A stretch of 64,000 nucleotides of DNA from an uncultured bacterium (GTDB lineage Bacteria; Verrucomicrobiota; Verrucomicrobiia; Limisphaerales; UBA8199): positions 384,001 to 448,000 of the forward strand of contig CAVVMW010000021.1 in the NCBI GenBank assembly GCA_963749495.1. The letters are read 5' to 3'. The notes beneath the pieces were generated by a model, which saw only the letters and a program-made list of their open reading frames with translations, made no database searches and was not told the DNA's origin. Positions 10,108 to 21,700 of this stretch are shown piece after piece. A program made the position numbers and the translations under genes. Each line of letters starts with the position of its first letter. The first letter of the stretch is position 1.

Positions 10108-12839
10108 TTTATCAGCCGGAAGTAGGCGGCGTTGGTGGGGGGGAGGACGAAAGGGCTTGCAGTGATGGGGCCCGGCGCGTTGGTCCAATCCGGGGGACCC
10201 GGGCCGAGCCCGCTCGCCTGCTGGAGGGTAAAGCCGTCCCCATTCCAATAGAGGGTCAGGAGGCCCTCCGAGAGCTGAAAACGCAACGCCGGCAGCGGCG
10301 GCCTGAGGTCGGTCCCGTAGAGTGCCGAGCCGAATGTAATGTCCTCGCTGTCCGGCTTGTAATTGTGGACTTCGACTGCCAGCACGTTGTCGCCCTGGAC
10401 CAGGCTGGCCAGGGAGTCGCCCTTCAGATTGAAGAGTACCGGGCAGGTTGCATCGCCGCTGCAGTTGTAGGCCACCGTCAAAGTATCGTTCGAGATGGCC
10501 ATGGGCGCCCGCGGCATGTTGTTCCGGTGGACCTCGGGGCCGTTGAGATAGAAGACTGCGCCGTCATCGATGTAATTGGAGAAGACCAACCCGGCTCCCG
10601 CCGTGCTGCGGGGAAAGTCGAAATGCGTGCGGAAGTAATAGGTGATGAAGGGGTAGCCCGTCGCCGGGTTGGCCGGCATCTGGGTGTTTTTGTTGTGGAC
10701 CAGCGGGTTGGGGCCGTTGGTCCGCACGTTGACCCAAAGCAGGCCGGGGCCGCCCGGCCAGGCCGAATCATCGTAACCCGGGCTCTGCCAACCGGTCCCA
10801 TCCAGGTCCGCGAAGCTGTATTTCCAGGCGTTTGTCACGTCGAACAGCAACAGAACATTCGACACAAAATTGGTTGTCGTGAACGTCCCGTCATAGGTGT
10901 AATCCAGTTCGCCGCAGACGGACCTGGCGCGGAAGTAGTAGAGCGTGCCGGCGGTCAGGTGGGTTAACGTGGCAACGTGGTCCAGGAGCGGTTGCGAGTT
11001 GGTGGCGCAGAAGCTGCCGAAATCCGGGCCAAGGCCATACTCGAGCTGCGTCGTGGCCGGGGCGGGAGTGCGCCAGGTGATATTGGCGGTCGTGTCGAAG
11101 GGCTCGATCTGCACATCCCCGATGAACCCGGGGAGGGGCAGGGTGAGCGGAGACAACTTCACCACGTCCGCCACGGCCCAGTTATTGGTCTGGTCTTTGG
11201 CGTTCACGACCATCTGCAGCACGTTGGCCACCGCGGCATCCAGCAGCGGCGTGCCCAGATAGACCCACTGGTTTGCCGGCAAGGGGTCTGCGAAGAACAC
11301 CGACAGCGCGTTGGAGCCGCCGGCCAGGAGGCTGAATTGGACCTGGCCCGCGGGATTGGGCACTGCGGGCACCTGGACAAAGATATTGTAGGAAGCGCTG
11401 GCCGTGATGGGCAGCACCCATTGGGCCAGGGCCGTGGCATTCGTTGCGAGGGAGCAGACCCGTGCATCGGTCCCCCAGGCGGCGGTCGAGGTCGAGGTCC
11501 ATTGGCCGCTCACCTCCTGGTAGGCGCTGTCCAGGTTGTCGAGGAACAAGTCGTCCGGGAGGCAGCGGACAATCCGCGTGGTTAGGTTGCCGGTCAGGTC
11601 GGTCACGGCAACGCCGTACTTGGCGATGAGCCCGCGCGCCACCGGCAGGACGGCCGTCCAGGCTTGGGTGTTGGTGCCGGTCTGCTGGCAGGGGACGATA
11701 CTGTAGTGCCCGTAAATGTTCTTGAGGGCGACAAAGGGCTGGGGCTGGAAGATCGGTTTGTCGGTGCCTAGCAGCAGGGTGAGAGTCTGGTCCTGGATAC
11801 TTTCGGCCAGGTCGAGTTGGGGCGGGGTCGCGTCTGAGGTGCCGCGCCAGCGTTGCATGGCTTCGATGGCGGTGCAGTAGCGGAATGGGACCTGCGGGTA
11901 GTTGGTGGCCGAATTGTGGATCAACTGGCCGGTGCTCAGCAGTTCGTCCGGGAAACCCGGCTCAGGCAGGTGTGACCAGAGCGACACGACCTGGTCGGTC
12001 CCGGCGGCGCTGGCGGCGAAGATCTGGTCCATCAGGGCTTGGGTCACCCCCTGCAGCTTGACCGAACGGACATTCCAGCCCGGGCTTTGCCCGGCGACCT
12101 GGTAATTGGTTGGCGACGGGTTGAAGGGGATAAAGTCCGACGGCGCTTGGGACCAATCGAGGACGTTGAAAACCGGCTCCCAGTTAGACCAGGGGTTGTC
12201 GAGCGGCCAGTCGTTGTCCATGCTGTAGAGCAGGAGTTGGTTGAGGTAGTTCTGCCACTCGTTGTCCATGTAATGCCAGCCGCTGCGAAACGAGACCGGG
12301 AAGACCTCCTCCTCGAGCAAACTCTGCGCCAGGGCCTGGTCGAAGTCCGCACGGCATGGGTGGAAGCTTTCCGCCTCGTTCCACCAATAGACGCCGTCGA
12401 GGTTGTAATCGCTCCAGTAAAAGGTGTGGTAATGCAGGGTGAGCTCGTCGCCGAACTGGCGGATGGCCTCGCCGTGATACTTGCGCATCAGGTAGAGCGG
12501 CATCAGGTTGGCTATCGGCACGTCCGTATTGTCGGCCTGCCCGTAGGCGCTGCCCACCAGCATCCACCACGTCATCTTAAGCGGGTTGCCGTAAAAATCC
12601 GCGAACTGCGCCCGAAAGGCCGGGTCCATCACCGCATAGGCGTTCTGGTCCGGCTGCGAGTAAAGAGCCGGGCTGAAGTGATTGTGGTAAACAGAGGCAT
12701 CAATGCCGCCGGGGACATTCCAGACCGCCGTATCCGACCCCAGCACCAGGTAAATGTTGCCCGGAGCTGCCCAGCCCAATGACATACCCCCCAGCACGAA
12801 CAGCGCCGCCAAAGCCCAGGACGCCAATCGAGACTTCAT
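10104..12839 (-). CDS. Large secreted multidomain protein (deacetylase-like barrel, golvesin-like, Fn3 and jelly-roll domains)
   Basis: Signal peptide; SDT, LHYH and SFRSGW; Fn3-like TANITW...YYFR; DDGAVFYLNG...NVLAVEVH. Confidence 0.65.
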   Translation of the reverse strand: MKSRLASWALAALFVLGGMSLGWAAPGNIYLVLGSDTAVWNVPGGIDASVYHNHFSPALYSQPDQNAYAVMDPAFRAQFADFYGNPLKMTWWMLVGSAYGQADNTDVPIANLMPLYLMRKYHGEAIRQFGDELTLHYHTFYWSDYNLDGVYWWNEAESFHPCRADFDQALAQSLLEEEVFPVSFRSGWHYMDNEWQNYLNQLLLYSMDNDWPLDNPWSNWEPVFNVLDWSQAPSDFIPFNPSPTNYQVAGQSPGWNVRSVKLQGVTQALMDQIFAASAAGTDQVVSLWSHLPEPGFPDELLSTGQLIHNSATNYPQVPFRYCTAIEAMQRWRGTSDATPPQLDLAESIQDQTLTLLLGTDKPIFQPQPFVALKNIYGHYSIVPCQQTGTNTQAWTAVLPVARGLIAKYGVAVTDLTGNLTTRIVRCLPDDLFLDNLDSAYQEVSGQWTSTSTAAWGTDARVCSLATNATALAQWVLPITASASYNIFVQVPAVPNPAGQVQFSLLAGGSNALSVFFADPLPANQWVYLGTPLLDAAVANVLQMVVNAKDQTNNWAVADVVKLSPLTLPLPGFIGDVQIEPFDTTANITWRTPAPATTQLEYGLGPDFGSFCATNSQPLLDHVATLTHLTAGTLYYFRARSVCGELDYTYDGTFTTTNFVSNVLLLFDVTNAWKYSFADLDGTGWQSPGYDDSAWPGGPGLLWVNVRTNGPNPLVHNKNTQMPANPATGYPFITYYFRTHFDFPRSTAGAGLVFSNYIDDGAVFYLNGPEVHRNNMPRAPMAISNDTLTVAYNCSGDATCPVLFNLKGDSLASLVQGDNVLAVEVHNYKPDSEDITFGSALYGTDLRPPLPALRFQLSEGLLTLYWNGDGFTLQQASGLGPGPPDWTNAPGPITASPFVLPPTNAAYFRLIK

Positions 12840-12910
12840 ATCGCGCACTTCGGTGGCGAGGCTAACCTTCTCAAGAACCGAAGCCAAGGAGAAAGATGCC
12901 CTCTCAGTTT

Positions 12911-13804
12911 TCAAATTCCCGGCTCTTCCGCCGGGATGTCGCACACGATGAAATCGGGTTCCTTGAATTTGGCCACGCGGAGGGCGGTGCCGTCCGGGCG
13001 GGCAACCAGCGAGCAGCCTGAGTGGAGCCGGTCTTTCCAGGCGCCGCCGCGGACACGCCCCAGGACGGTGTCGGTGGCGACGACCCAAAGGCCGGTCTTG
13101 GCGGCCACGTTGCGGATGTGGGCCTGGTAGTCGCGGGCGTTTTCTGGGAGCTTCGCCTGCTCGGCCGCGAAGCCGTGCGGAGCGATCAACAGCCAGGCCC
13201 CCTGTTCGGCCACCCGTTGCGGATTGCTCAGTGTGAAGTTGTCCGCGCAGATGGTCAGGCCGATGCGGCCAAACTCCGTCTCGCAGGTCTTGATGTCCTC
13301 CGGGCGGCCCGCGTCGTAGAGGTGGCGCGTCAGCCACGGCAGCGTGTCGATCTTCCGGTGCTTGAGCACGATGCGGCCGGCCCGGTCGATGAGCACCGCC
13401 GCGTTATAGACCTTCTCGCCGTCTCGTTCGAGGCAGCCCGCCGCAATCCAGAGCTTGTGGCGCCGGGCCAAATCCTGGAGCAGGCCGGTGTATTTGCCTG
13501 GAATGGGCAGGGCGTCACGCCGGGCCTGCTGGTGCAGCCAACCCCAGTCCGCAGCCTCCGGCAAGGCCAGCAAATCCGCCTTCTGCCGCGCCGCCTCGCC
13601 CGCCGCCTCAACTGCCAGGCGCATGTTCTGGTCGAGGTTGCCGTCTTCGACCGGCAATTGGGCCAGGGCGGCGCGCAGGCCGGGGTGCCGCCGCCGCCGG
13701 GGCTGGGCGGCCGGTTGCTCGGCCGCTCCCACATCCAAGCCCGAGACAACCAGCAGAACGCACGCCAGCGCCATCGATAAGTCAAGCCAGGGACAATTCA
13801 TCAT
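12911..13804 (-). CDS. Carbon-nitrogen hydrolase (nitrilase family), possibly secreted
   Basis: Glu-Lys-Cys triad motifs LPE, HRK and ICAD. Confidence 0.85.
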   Translation of the reverse strand: MMNCPWLDLSMALACVLLVVSGLDVGAAEQPAAQPRRRRHPGLRAALAQLPVEDGNLDQNMRLAVEAAGEAARQKADLLALPEAADWGWLHQQARRDALPIPGKYTGLLQDLARRHKLWIAAGCLERDGEKVYNAAVLIDRAGRIVLKHRKIDTLPWLTRHLYDAGRPEDIKTCETEFGRIGLTICADNFTLSNPQRVAEQGAWLLIAPHGFAAEQAKLPENARDYQAHIRNVAAKTGLWVVATDTVLGRVRGGAWKDRLHSGCSLVARPDGTALRVAKFKEPDFIVCDIPAEEPGI

Positions 13805-13997
13805 GTCGGCATTTTCGCTTGACCATGAAACCTCCGCACCCCCTTGTCGAGCCTGAACTCCGCGTTTTTGGGGTTTGCCAAACGCGGCCCACAATGGCAA
13901 AAAGGCCGCACCGCCCGGAAGCCAGGGCCCTGCAAATGCCCGATGATCGGAGTCGGGCAAAACCAGGCAGGCGGCCTGGGCACTGGGCGCCAATGCT

Positions 13998-16900
13998 ATG
14001 AAACGACTCGCATGTCTCGGTCTGGTCTTGTTCCCCTGGACGGTTTGGACCCTCGCCCAGGACAACTCATCCGCCGCCGCCGCAACCCAGGTCTTCCAGA
14101 TCGGCGTCGCGGATGGCGACTGCCGCGAATTCGCCCTGGCCGGCGATTACGCCTCCTACCGGCAACGCTTCCCGCACGATGTCGAATTTGTCGTCGGCAA
14201 GAGCAACGCCAGGCAGGATTGGCCCTGGATTCACCCGGGCCGGCCGACTCGTGGGCCGGGGGAGGCGCGCACGCCTTCAAGATCCGCTTCGAGTTGCCGC
14301 AGGCGCCCGCCGGGCATTACCGGCTCATCTTGGATTTCGTGGATACGCATGCCGGGCTGCCGCCGCGCCTTGCCATCGCCATCAATGGCACCTCCCTGAA
14401 GTTCAATCTGCCGCCCGGCCATGGCGATGAGACCTTGTCCAACTTCAAAGTGGGAAAGCACTATACGCTCGAGGAAGTTTTCCCGGCGTCGCTCCTGCAG
14501 GCTGGCACAAACCAGATCACGGTGGTCAATGAAGAGGGGAGTTGGGCGATCTACGACGCGCTCAGGCTGGAGAGCGGCGCGCCCGCCCCGGCCGAACCCC
14601 TCCGCTTCAGCGTCCAAGCGCCGCCATGGCTGAAGCGCTCGGCCCAAGGCCCGCGGCGCATCCTCAAGGCGGCTATCGAGAACCTGGCCGATGCCAACCA
14701 ACCGGCAACGATCAATTGGAAGGCGGGCGCAGCCTCCGGCCAGGAAAACCTCGAACTGCGTTTCGGCCACAATGAATTGTCCGTCCCGCTGCCCGAGGTC
14801 GAGCAGAAGACACCCGTCGAGGTGGCCCTCAAGACCGGCGGGAAGGTCTTCCGGGCCTCCGTGACGCTGCAGCCGACCCGGAGATGGCGCGTCTTCATTG
14901 TCCCGACAGTCCACACGGACGTCGGTTACACCGACTTCCAGGAATCGGTAATGAAGCGCCACGCGGACAACACCATGCAGGCGCTGGCCCTGGCCGAGCG
15001 ATACCCCGCCTTTGCCTGGGACTTCGAGACCTTCTGGCAGTTCGACAGCTTCCTGCGGGCGCGCCCGGAGAAGGCCGAGGCCGCCTTCCAGTTCCTGCGC
15101 CAGGGACGGATGGGATTGTCCGCCTTCTTCGCTAACATGCTGACCGGGCTCTGTTCGCACGAGGCCCTGAACCGCGCCACGCTGCCCGCGCGCAACCTCG
15201 CCACGAGCCACGGCTTTGATTTCACTTCGGTCATCCTGGATGACGTGCCCGCCGCCGTCGGAAGCCTGCCCACGGTGCTGGCGCACGCTGGCATCAAGTA
15301 CTTCATCGAGGGCGTCAACAACGACCGCGCCCCTTACGCCACGGAAGGACTCAAGAACCCCTTCTACTGGGAGGGCCCCGACGGTTCGCGCCTGCTCAGC
15401 CACATTGCCCCAGGGTATGCCATGGCCGGCGGCCTGCTTTCCTCGGTCGAGCAAGTCGCCGCCCAGTTGCCCGGCTTGCTGGCCGCCCACGAGCGCCCCG
15501 ATTATCCCTATGACGCCGTGCTCGTCAACGGCGCCTTCGGGGATAACCAGGGCGTGGCGTCCTGGGTGGCCGAGGTGGTCGAGAAATGGAACGCGGAATG
15601 GGAGTATCCCAGGCTCATCCTGGGGCGTCCGGAGGAGTTCTTCCGCTATGTCGAGGACAATTTTGCCGCCCGCATCCCGGTGGTCAAAGCGGACTTCGGC
15701 GCGTGGTGGGAGGATGGCGCCGGTTCGAGCGCCTTGGAGACCGCCCTCTGCCGCCGTGCCGAGGAGCGCGCGGTCACGGCCGAGATGCTTCACTCGTTGG
15801 CCGCCGTGCTGGGCGGGGCGAAGTACCCCAAGGAGGATTTCGATCAACTGTGGCGCAACGCGCTGCTCTACGACGAGCACACCTGGGGGGCCTGGTGCAG
15901 CATCTCTCAGCCGCAGTGCGAACAGACGATACGGCAATGGGATGTCAAAGGGGCCTTCGCGCGCCAGGCGGACGCGGCCTCGCGCCGGCTGCTCGACGAG
16001 GGCATGAGGAAGCTGGCGGGCTTGGTCCCGGCCGCCGACGTGGTGGTCTTCAATCCGTTGGCCTGGACGCGCAAAGACCTGGTGGTTATGAGCGGGCGCG
16101 CGGCAGGGACTGTCCAGGACCTGCAGAGCAACCAGGAGTTGCAGTGCCAGGCCCTGCCTGAAGGCGGCGCCTGCTTTATCGCGCCGGACCTCCCCTCGGC
16201 CGGCTATCGTTCTTATCGCCGCCTGGCCGACCGGCCGACACCCGCCCAGGGCCCGGCGCCCGCCTCCGAGTCTGTCATGGAAAATGAATTCTACCGGGTC
16301 AGCCTCGACCCGACGACCGGCGCAGTGAAGTCCGTGCTCGACAAGGAGACCGGGCGTGAATTGGTGGACGCGCAGAGCGAATATGGCCTGGGCGAGATGC
16401 TCTATGTCAGCGGCGGTGAAGGCAGTTACGCGGTGCATTCTGACCTGAGGGGGTTGCCGGCGCCGAAATTCAGCGTTCACCGGCAACGCTCCACACGCAT
16501 CCGGCAGGTCGATGGTCCGGTCTTTAGCGAACTGACGAGCCAGGCCGAAGGGGAAACCCTCCATGGCATCGCGTTGCGGGTGCGGCTCTATCACGGACTC
16601 AAGCGGCTCGATCTGCGCTGCGAGTTCGTCAAGCAAGAGACCAATGCCAAAGAGGCCGTTTATGTCGCCTTTCCGTTCGCGCTGGACTTGGAGGCCGGTG
16701 GATTATGGCTGGAGTATCCCGATGCCATTACCGAGCCGCTCAAGGACCAGCATCCCTCCGCCTGCCGGGACTGGTTCGCGGTGCAGCGCTGGGTGGCCGC
16801 CTCGGACGGCCAGGCCACCGTTGTGCTCTCGCCCCTGGACACGCCCCTCGTCACCCTGGGCGGCCTCACCGCTTCGACCTGGCCCCGCAAGCTGGCGCTC

Positions 16901-17380
16901 ACGCGCGCCCATGTCTTCGCCTATGTCATGAACAATTATTGGCACACCAATTACAAGGCCAACCAGGGCGGCCGGCACGTCTTCCGCTTTTCTCTCACCT
17001 CCGCCGCAGGCGGCTTCTCCAAACGCGATGCGCTCGCGCGCGGCTGGGAGATGTTCTGTCCGCCCGCAGCGGGGCAGGGGACAGGACCACACGAGGCGGC
17101 GCTCCCGGCTCCTGCCGCAGACCTGCTCCGCATCGAGCCATCTGGCGTGCCCCTGCTGGCCTTCAAACAGGCCGAGGATGAAAAGGGCTTTGTCCTCAGG
17201 GTCTGCGATTTCGCCGGAGTGGGGGGCGACGTGAAACTGACCTTGCCTAAACCCGCCGCGGAGACCTTCGAGTGCAACCTCGTCGAGGCCAATGCCACCC
17301 GGCAGGATGGCCGGGGCAAAACCGTCAGTGCGCCGCTCAGGAGGTTTGCACCCAAGACCATCAAGGTCCGGTTCGAGTGA
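13998..17380 (+). CDS. Secreted GH38 alpha-mannosidase-like protein with an N-terminal PL4 domain III-like module; frameshift near 14240
   Basis: Signal peptide at 13998; HTDVGYT, FYWEGPDGS, LYDEHTWG, VFNPL and MNNYWHTNY. Confidence 0.85.
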
Positions 17381-17565
17381 CGTGTCCCTCCGGGACAAAG
17401 TTCAACCCCACGTGGTGCAGGGAGCTCAGAGGGCGCTTTCTGCTCAGGCTGCCGAAAAGTGAACAGAGTCAGGCGCCTACGCAAAAGGGATGTCGGATTG
17501 TGAGAAGGGGGGTCCACGGCTACCTTTTCTGCGTCGCCCCGCAACGCGCGCGCCGCTCCCGGCTC

Positions 17566-17760
17566 ACCGCGTAGCGGTGCCCGATGGTAGCCGCGGACTT
17601 CCAGTCCACGGACCCATGGCCCAAGCTCGACAGCGTCGCGTAGCGACGCCTGAAAACCGCAACGCTCTCAGGCGTCGCTACGCGACGCGTGACCATTCCC
17701 ACGCCCCGAACCGTGGACCGAGGTCCACGGCTACCTTCACTGCGTCGCTCCGCGACGCGC
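17566..17760. repeat. ~200-bp REP/MITE-like palindromic element (CGTCGCGTAGCGACG family)
   Basis: Highly similar copies at 43705-43914 and inverted at 51921-52132. Confidence 0.85.
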
Positions 17761-17801
17761 GATGATTCGCACGCCCCGAACCGTGGACCGAGAGGGCTCG
17801 G

Positions 17802-18491
17802 GTGAGCGGCCCACCGGGGACTGCCTCCGCCTTCACTGACCGATTACCACCTGGCACATTATTTGCTCGACAGCGCGGCGTGATTACAACCGAATCCCTG
17901 GTTCCCGGCAAGGCTTACCCCCTCAGCGCCCCGGCCCGCTCCTTCGTCACCGGCTCCGAGCGGCGCGTTCTTCGCGTCTGGGTGGCGGACGACAATGCCG
18001 CCCTGCGCGTGCTCTTCGCACAGTTGTTGAACCAGCAGCCCACCCTCCGCTGCACGGGCCAGTTTCCTTCGGCCAATGCGGTCCTGGCTGCACTGGCCGA
18101 GGAGCGGCCGCCGGACGTTGTTCTCCTGGACGCAAATCTCCAGGGCCAGGGCGGTTTACGAGCGATTCGGCGCATCAAGAAGATGGCCCGTTCGGTCAAG
18201 GTGCTGATGTTGGCCATGTTCAGCAGCAGTTGGTCTGAGTTGCAGGCCCTCCGGGCAGGGGCGAGCGGCTTTCTGCTCAGGAGCTACGAGTTCGATGATA
18301 TCGTGAGGCTCATTCGCGAGGCTCACCGCAACCCCGGCGCCCCGTGCCTGTTTCCCAGCCTGCCCCTGCGCCAGGCGGCAGAGTCCAAACAGGCCGCTCA
18401 GGAGGGCATTGCCCGCGCTGCGGAGGAGGACTTCAGCCTGGTCGCTGCCTTGCGGGGACTGTGCGGCGTCCAGCGGCGGCAGAGGATGTGA
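17802..18491 (+). CDS. Response regulator receiver protein (start uncertain)
   Basis: VADDN, PDVVLLD and ALRAGASGFLL; no clear HTH output domain. Confidence 0.7.
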   Translation: MSGPPGTASAFTDRLPPGTLFARQRGVITTESLVPGKAYPLSAPARSFVTGSERRVLRVWVADDNAALRVLFAQLLNQQPTLRCTGQFPSANAVLAALAEERPPDVVLLDANLQGQGGLRAIRRIKKMARSVKVLMLAMFSSSWSELQALRAGASGFLLRSYEFDDIVRLIREAHRNPGAPCLFPSLPLRQAAESKQAAQEGIARAAEEDFSLVAALRGLCGVQRRQRM

Positions 18492-18725
18492 CACAGACCG
18501 CTGCTGCACTGCACCGGACTTTGAGTGACTTTCGCGATCGTTGTCGAAAACGGGGACAATTCGACAAAGATTGCGACAAACGTCGCGACAAAGGCACCAA
18601 GGTCATCCAAAGTCCGGTGCAATAGACGGCTGCTGGGACCTGGGGAACGCGACCCTCTGGGCCGGCTTCAGTTCTTCCTTCGTTTCCTTCGTTTCCTTTG
18701 TTTCCTTCTGTTCTCTTCCTTCTGT

Positions 18726-21700
18726 TCACTTCCCCGGCGCCGGCGGTTGCTGGAAGTCTGGTCTTCGCATGAGCGGGCCCAGGCGGGGGTCTTTTTGGGC
18801 CTCGCGGAGGAGGTCGCGGGCGCGCGGGTCCCTCTTGAGGCGCTGGGCGTTGAGTTCGAGGGTGCGGCGCAGGTGCGTCATGGCCTCGGGGGCATTGTCG
18901 ATGGCGGCCTTGAACGCGGCCACATTGAACCAGGCCTCCGGGGAATCGGGCGAGAGCTTGAGGGCCAGCTCGAGCGTGGCCCCGAGCCTGGGGATGTCGC
19001 CGATCTGGACGAAGGCCTGGGCCAGGACGTCCAGCGCGGCGTAATTGACCTGGGGATTGTGAAGGACCCGGTCCAGGACCTCGACCGCCCGGTTGGTTTG
19101 GCGCAACTGCAGGAGGGACACGGCGAGGTCGAAGGCAGCCTGGAAATTGGTGGGGTTGTCCTGGACGGCCTTCTCCAATTGGGGAATGGATTGGGTGGTG
19201 CCGGTGCGCTTCCCGGCCTCGGCTTTCCACTTCTGGAGGCTGTTGATGATCGTGACGGTCTGCCCGTTGTTCGGATCCAGCTTGAGGCAGGTGTTGGCAA
19301 TGAGCAGGGCATCATCGAACCGCTGGAGGTTGGCCAGGAACTGCACGTAGCGGCCGACAGCCTCGAGGTTGAAGGGGCAGAAGGCGAAGGCCTGGCGCAG
19401 GGTAAAGTCCAGCTCTTTGATCAGCCGCTGCTGCTCGGGCCCCGGCTTGGCCGTGTTGAAAAGCCGGTAGTTGTAGATCCCCGCAATCGCAGAGCGCAGT
19501 TTCGAGTACACTTTCTGCGCATCATCGTCGCGGATAAACCGGCGATCCCCCGTAAACCCGGTGAAATCGCGGCGCCGATAGACCCGCTCGACCCACGCCA
19601 CGATCTCCTGGATGCTCGTGTCGTAGGTAATCCAATTGCCAATGAGCCGGGCCGAATACTGCGTCCAAAACTGGTGATCGCGCTGGACCATCTCCTCGGT
19701 CAATTCCGGGGGCGGCTGGCGGTTGAGCTTCATGATGATCCCGTAAGGTGTCAGATACGGGTACATCCATTTGATCGGCATGCTCTCCTCGACATAGAAC
19801 TCCCGGCTGGGGTTCCGGTCGAATATGACCTTGGTCAGAAGACCGTTGACGGCCATCACCCCGAATTGGCCATGGATCTGCACCTGGCCGTTGGGGAGTT
19901 CGACGATGTCTTCGCCCGGGTCAAGTTTGTTGGAATGGAGCCGTTCCCTGGCGTTGACCAGATATTCCTGAGTGCAGCGAAGGGCCTCGGCCTCCGTGGG
20001 GGTGACGATTTCGCGGTCCGGATAGACCCCGCCCAGGCTGCGAGCCAGTTCCTTGGGATAAGCGGCCTCCAGGAGCAAGCGGTTCAGACGGATGCGCGTG
20101 TCGCCCTTTGGATTTTGGCTGATGAATTCGGCCAGGTAGGGCGAAATGACGACCTGCTTGAACCGCTCCGGTTCGTAAAGCGGGCCTGGTGGCGCCCCCC
20201 GGTCCACCAACTCCCGCTCCAGCAGACGATTCAGGTCCTGGACCAGGTTGCGGCGCAAGCCGGGCCCGTCGGGTTTGGCGGCGAGCAGTTGGCGGGTCGA
20301 GGGGGCGAGGTTGGCGTAGAGGCATTTCGAGACCGGGTCCTGGCCAGGGCCGGGGCAGAGCCGGGCGGCAAAGGCGGGCAGGTCGGTGAAGTCGCCCTGG
20401 CTGAACCAGGAGGTATAGGTGCGGCGCCGCTTTTCGATCCGCTCGCCCAGGCGGGTGAAGAAGCGGTCCAGCGGCAGCCCCGCGCGGGCGAAGATATTGG
20501 TCTCGTCCGGCTTATCGCGGAAGATTTGGCGCAAGCCCTCCTCAAAGAAGGGCGGGTCAAACTGCTGGCTGCGGCTGTATTGCGCGCGGATGTAGTTGAG
20601 GTAAGGCGGGTCGGCCAGGGCGTTTTGGGTGATGATATACACGTCGCGGCGGTCGAACGACGGGTCCTGGGGCTTGCACCGGGGCGGGATGAAGCTCTCG
20701 CAGAAGATCATGTAGGTGGGGCAAAAGCGCCCGGCGTCGGTGCCGCCGAAGAGGATGGCATCGCGGGCCATCTCCGGGTAGAGCGGTTTGTGCTCGGAGC
20801 CCTGGAAGGGCGGGCTGAACATGTCGTGGCCGTACCAATAGCCGAACCAATGCCCGCGCTGTTCGTTGTCCGACCAGTGAGTCAGAATCGAGTGCAGGGG
20901 CATCAGGGCGAAAAGCGACAGGGTCAGGGCCAGCGGCGCGCGCTGGCGATAAAACCAGGCGGCTGCAAGGAAAACCAGCGTCATCGCCAGCAGTATCAAC
21001 CCGGCATAAACCGGCAGGCCGTATTGATTGGGATTGGTGAAGACCTCTCCGATGAAGCGGAGCAGCCGCCCCACGCCCATCTCGGTGTCTTCGCCGAAAT
21101 AAGTGGACTGCGTCAGTTCAGCCAACGAGAGCGCGGCCAACGCCGCCGCGGCCAAGCCCCCGGCCAGGCCCCAGGCGCGAAACCGCTCATAGTGCGTCGC
21201 CATGTACGCCGCGATGAGGGTCAGCCCGTAACCCATCAGCAAGGCGATGAACGTGTGCGAGGCAGTGAAGAAGACGCGCACCAGCGCCTGGGCGTTGCGG
21301 TCCGGCGGCGGATTCAGCAGAATGAGCAGCAGCACGCCCATGCACAGGTACATCGCCACGATGCCGATCAGCCAGGCGCGTTCCCGGCGATGGAGCTTGC
21401 GGAAAAAGACAAAGGGCACCAGCGCCAGGAATGCATAGACCCAGTTGAACTCCTCGATGATGCCCTTGCCAAGGCTCGTCAACTGCCAAAGGAAAACGCC
21501 GGGATGGCCGAAGATGTCGGTCGGGTGGGTCTTCTCGTACTGGCCGCGCGTGAGGGCGTGGATGAAGCCGTCCACGGTGCGGGGATAGGCCCATTCCATG
21601 GGCGGGTTGCTCATGCAGGCCAGGGGCATGTAGAAGTAGAATGCCGCCCCAACCAGCCAGCACAGGCCGCAAACGAGCACCACACTCCACTCGTTGCCCA

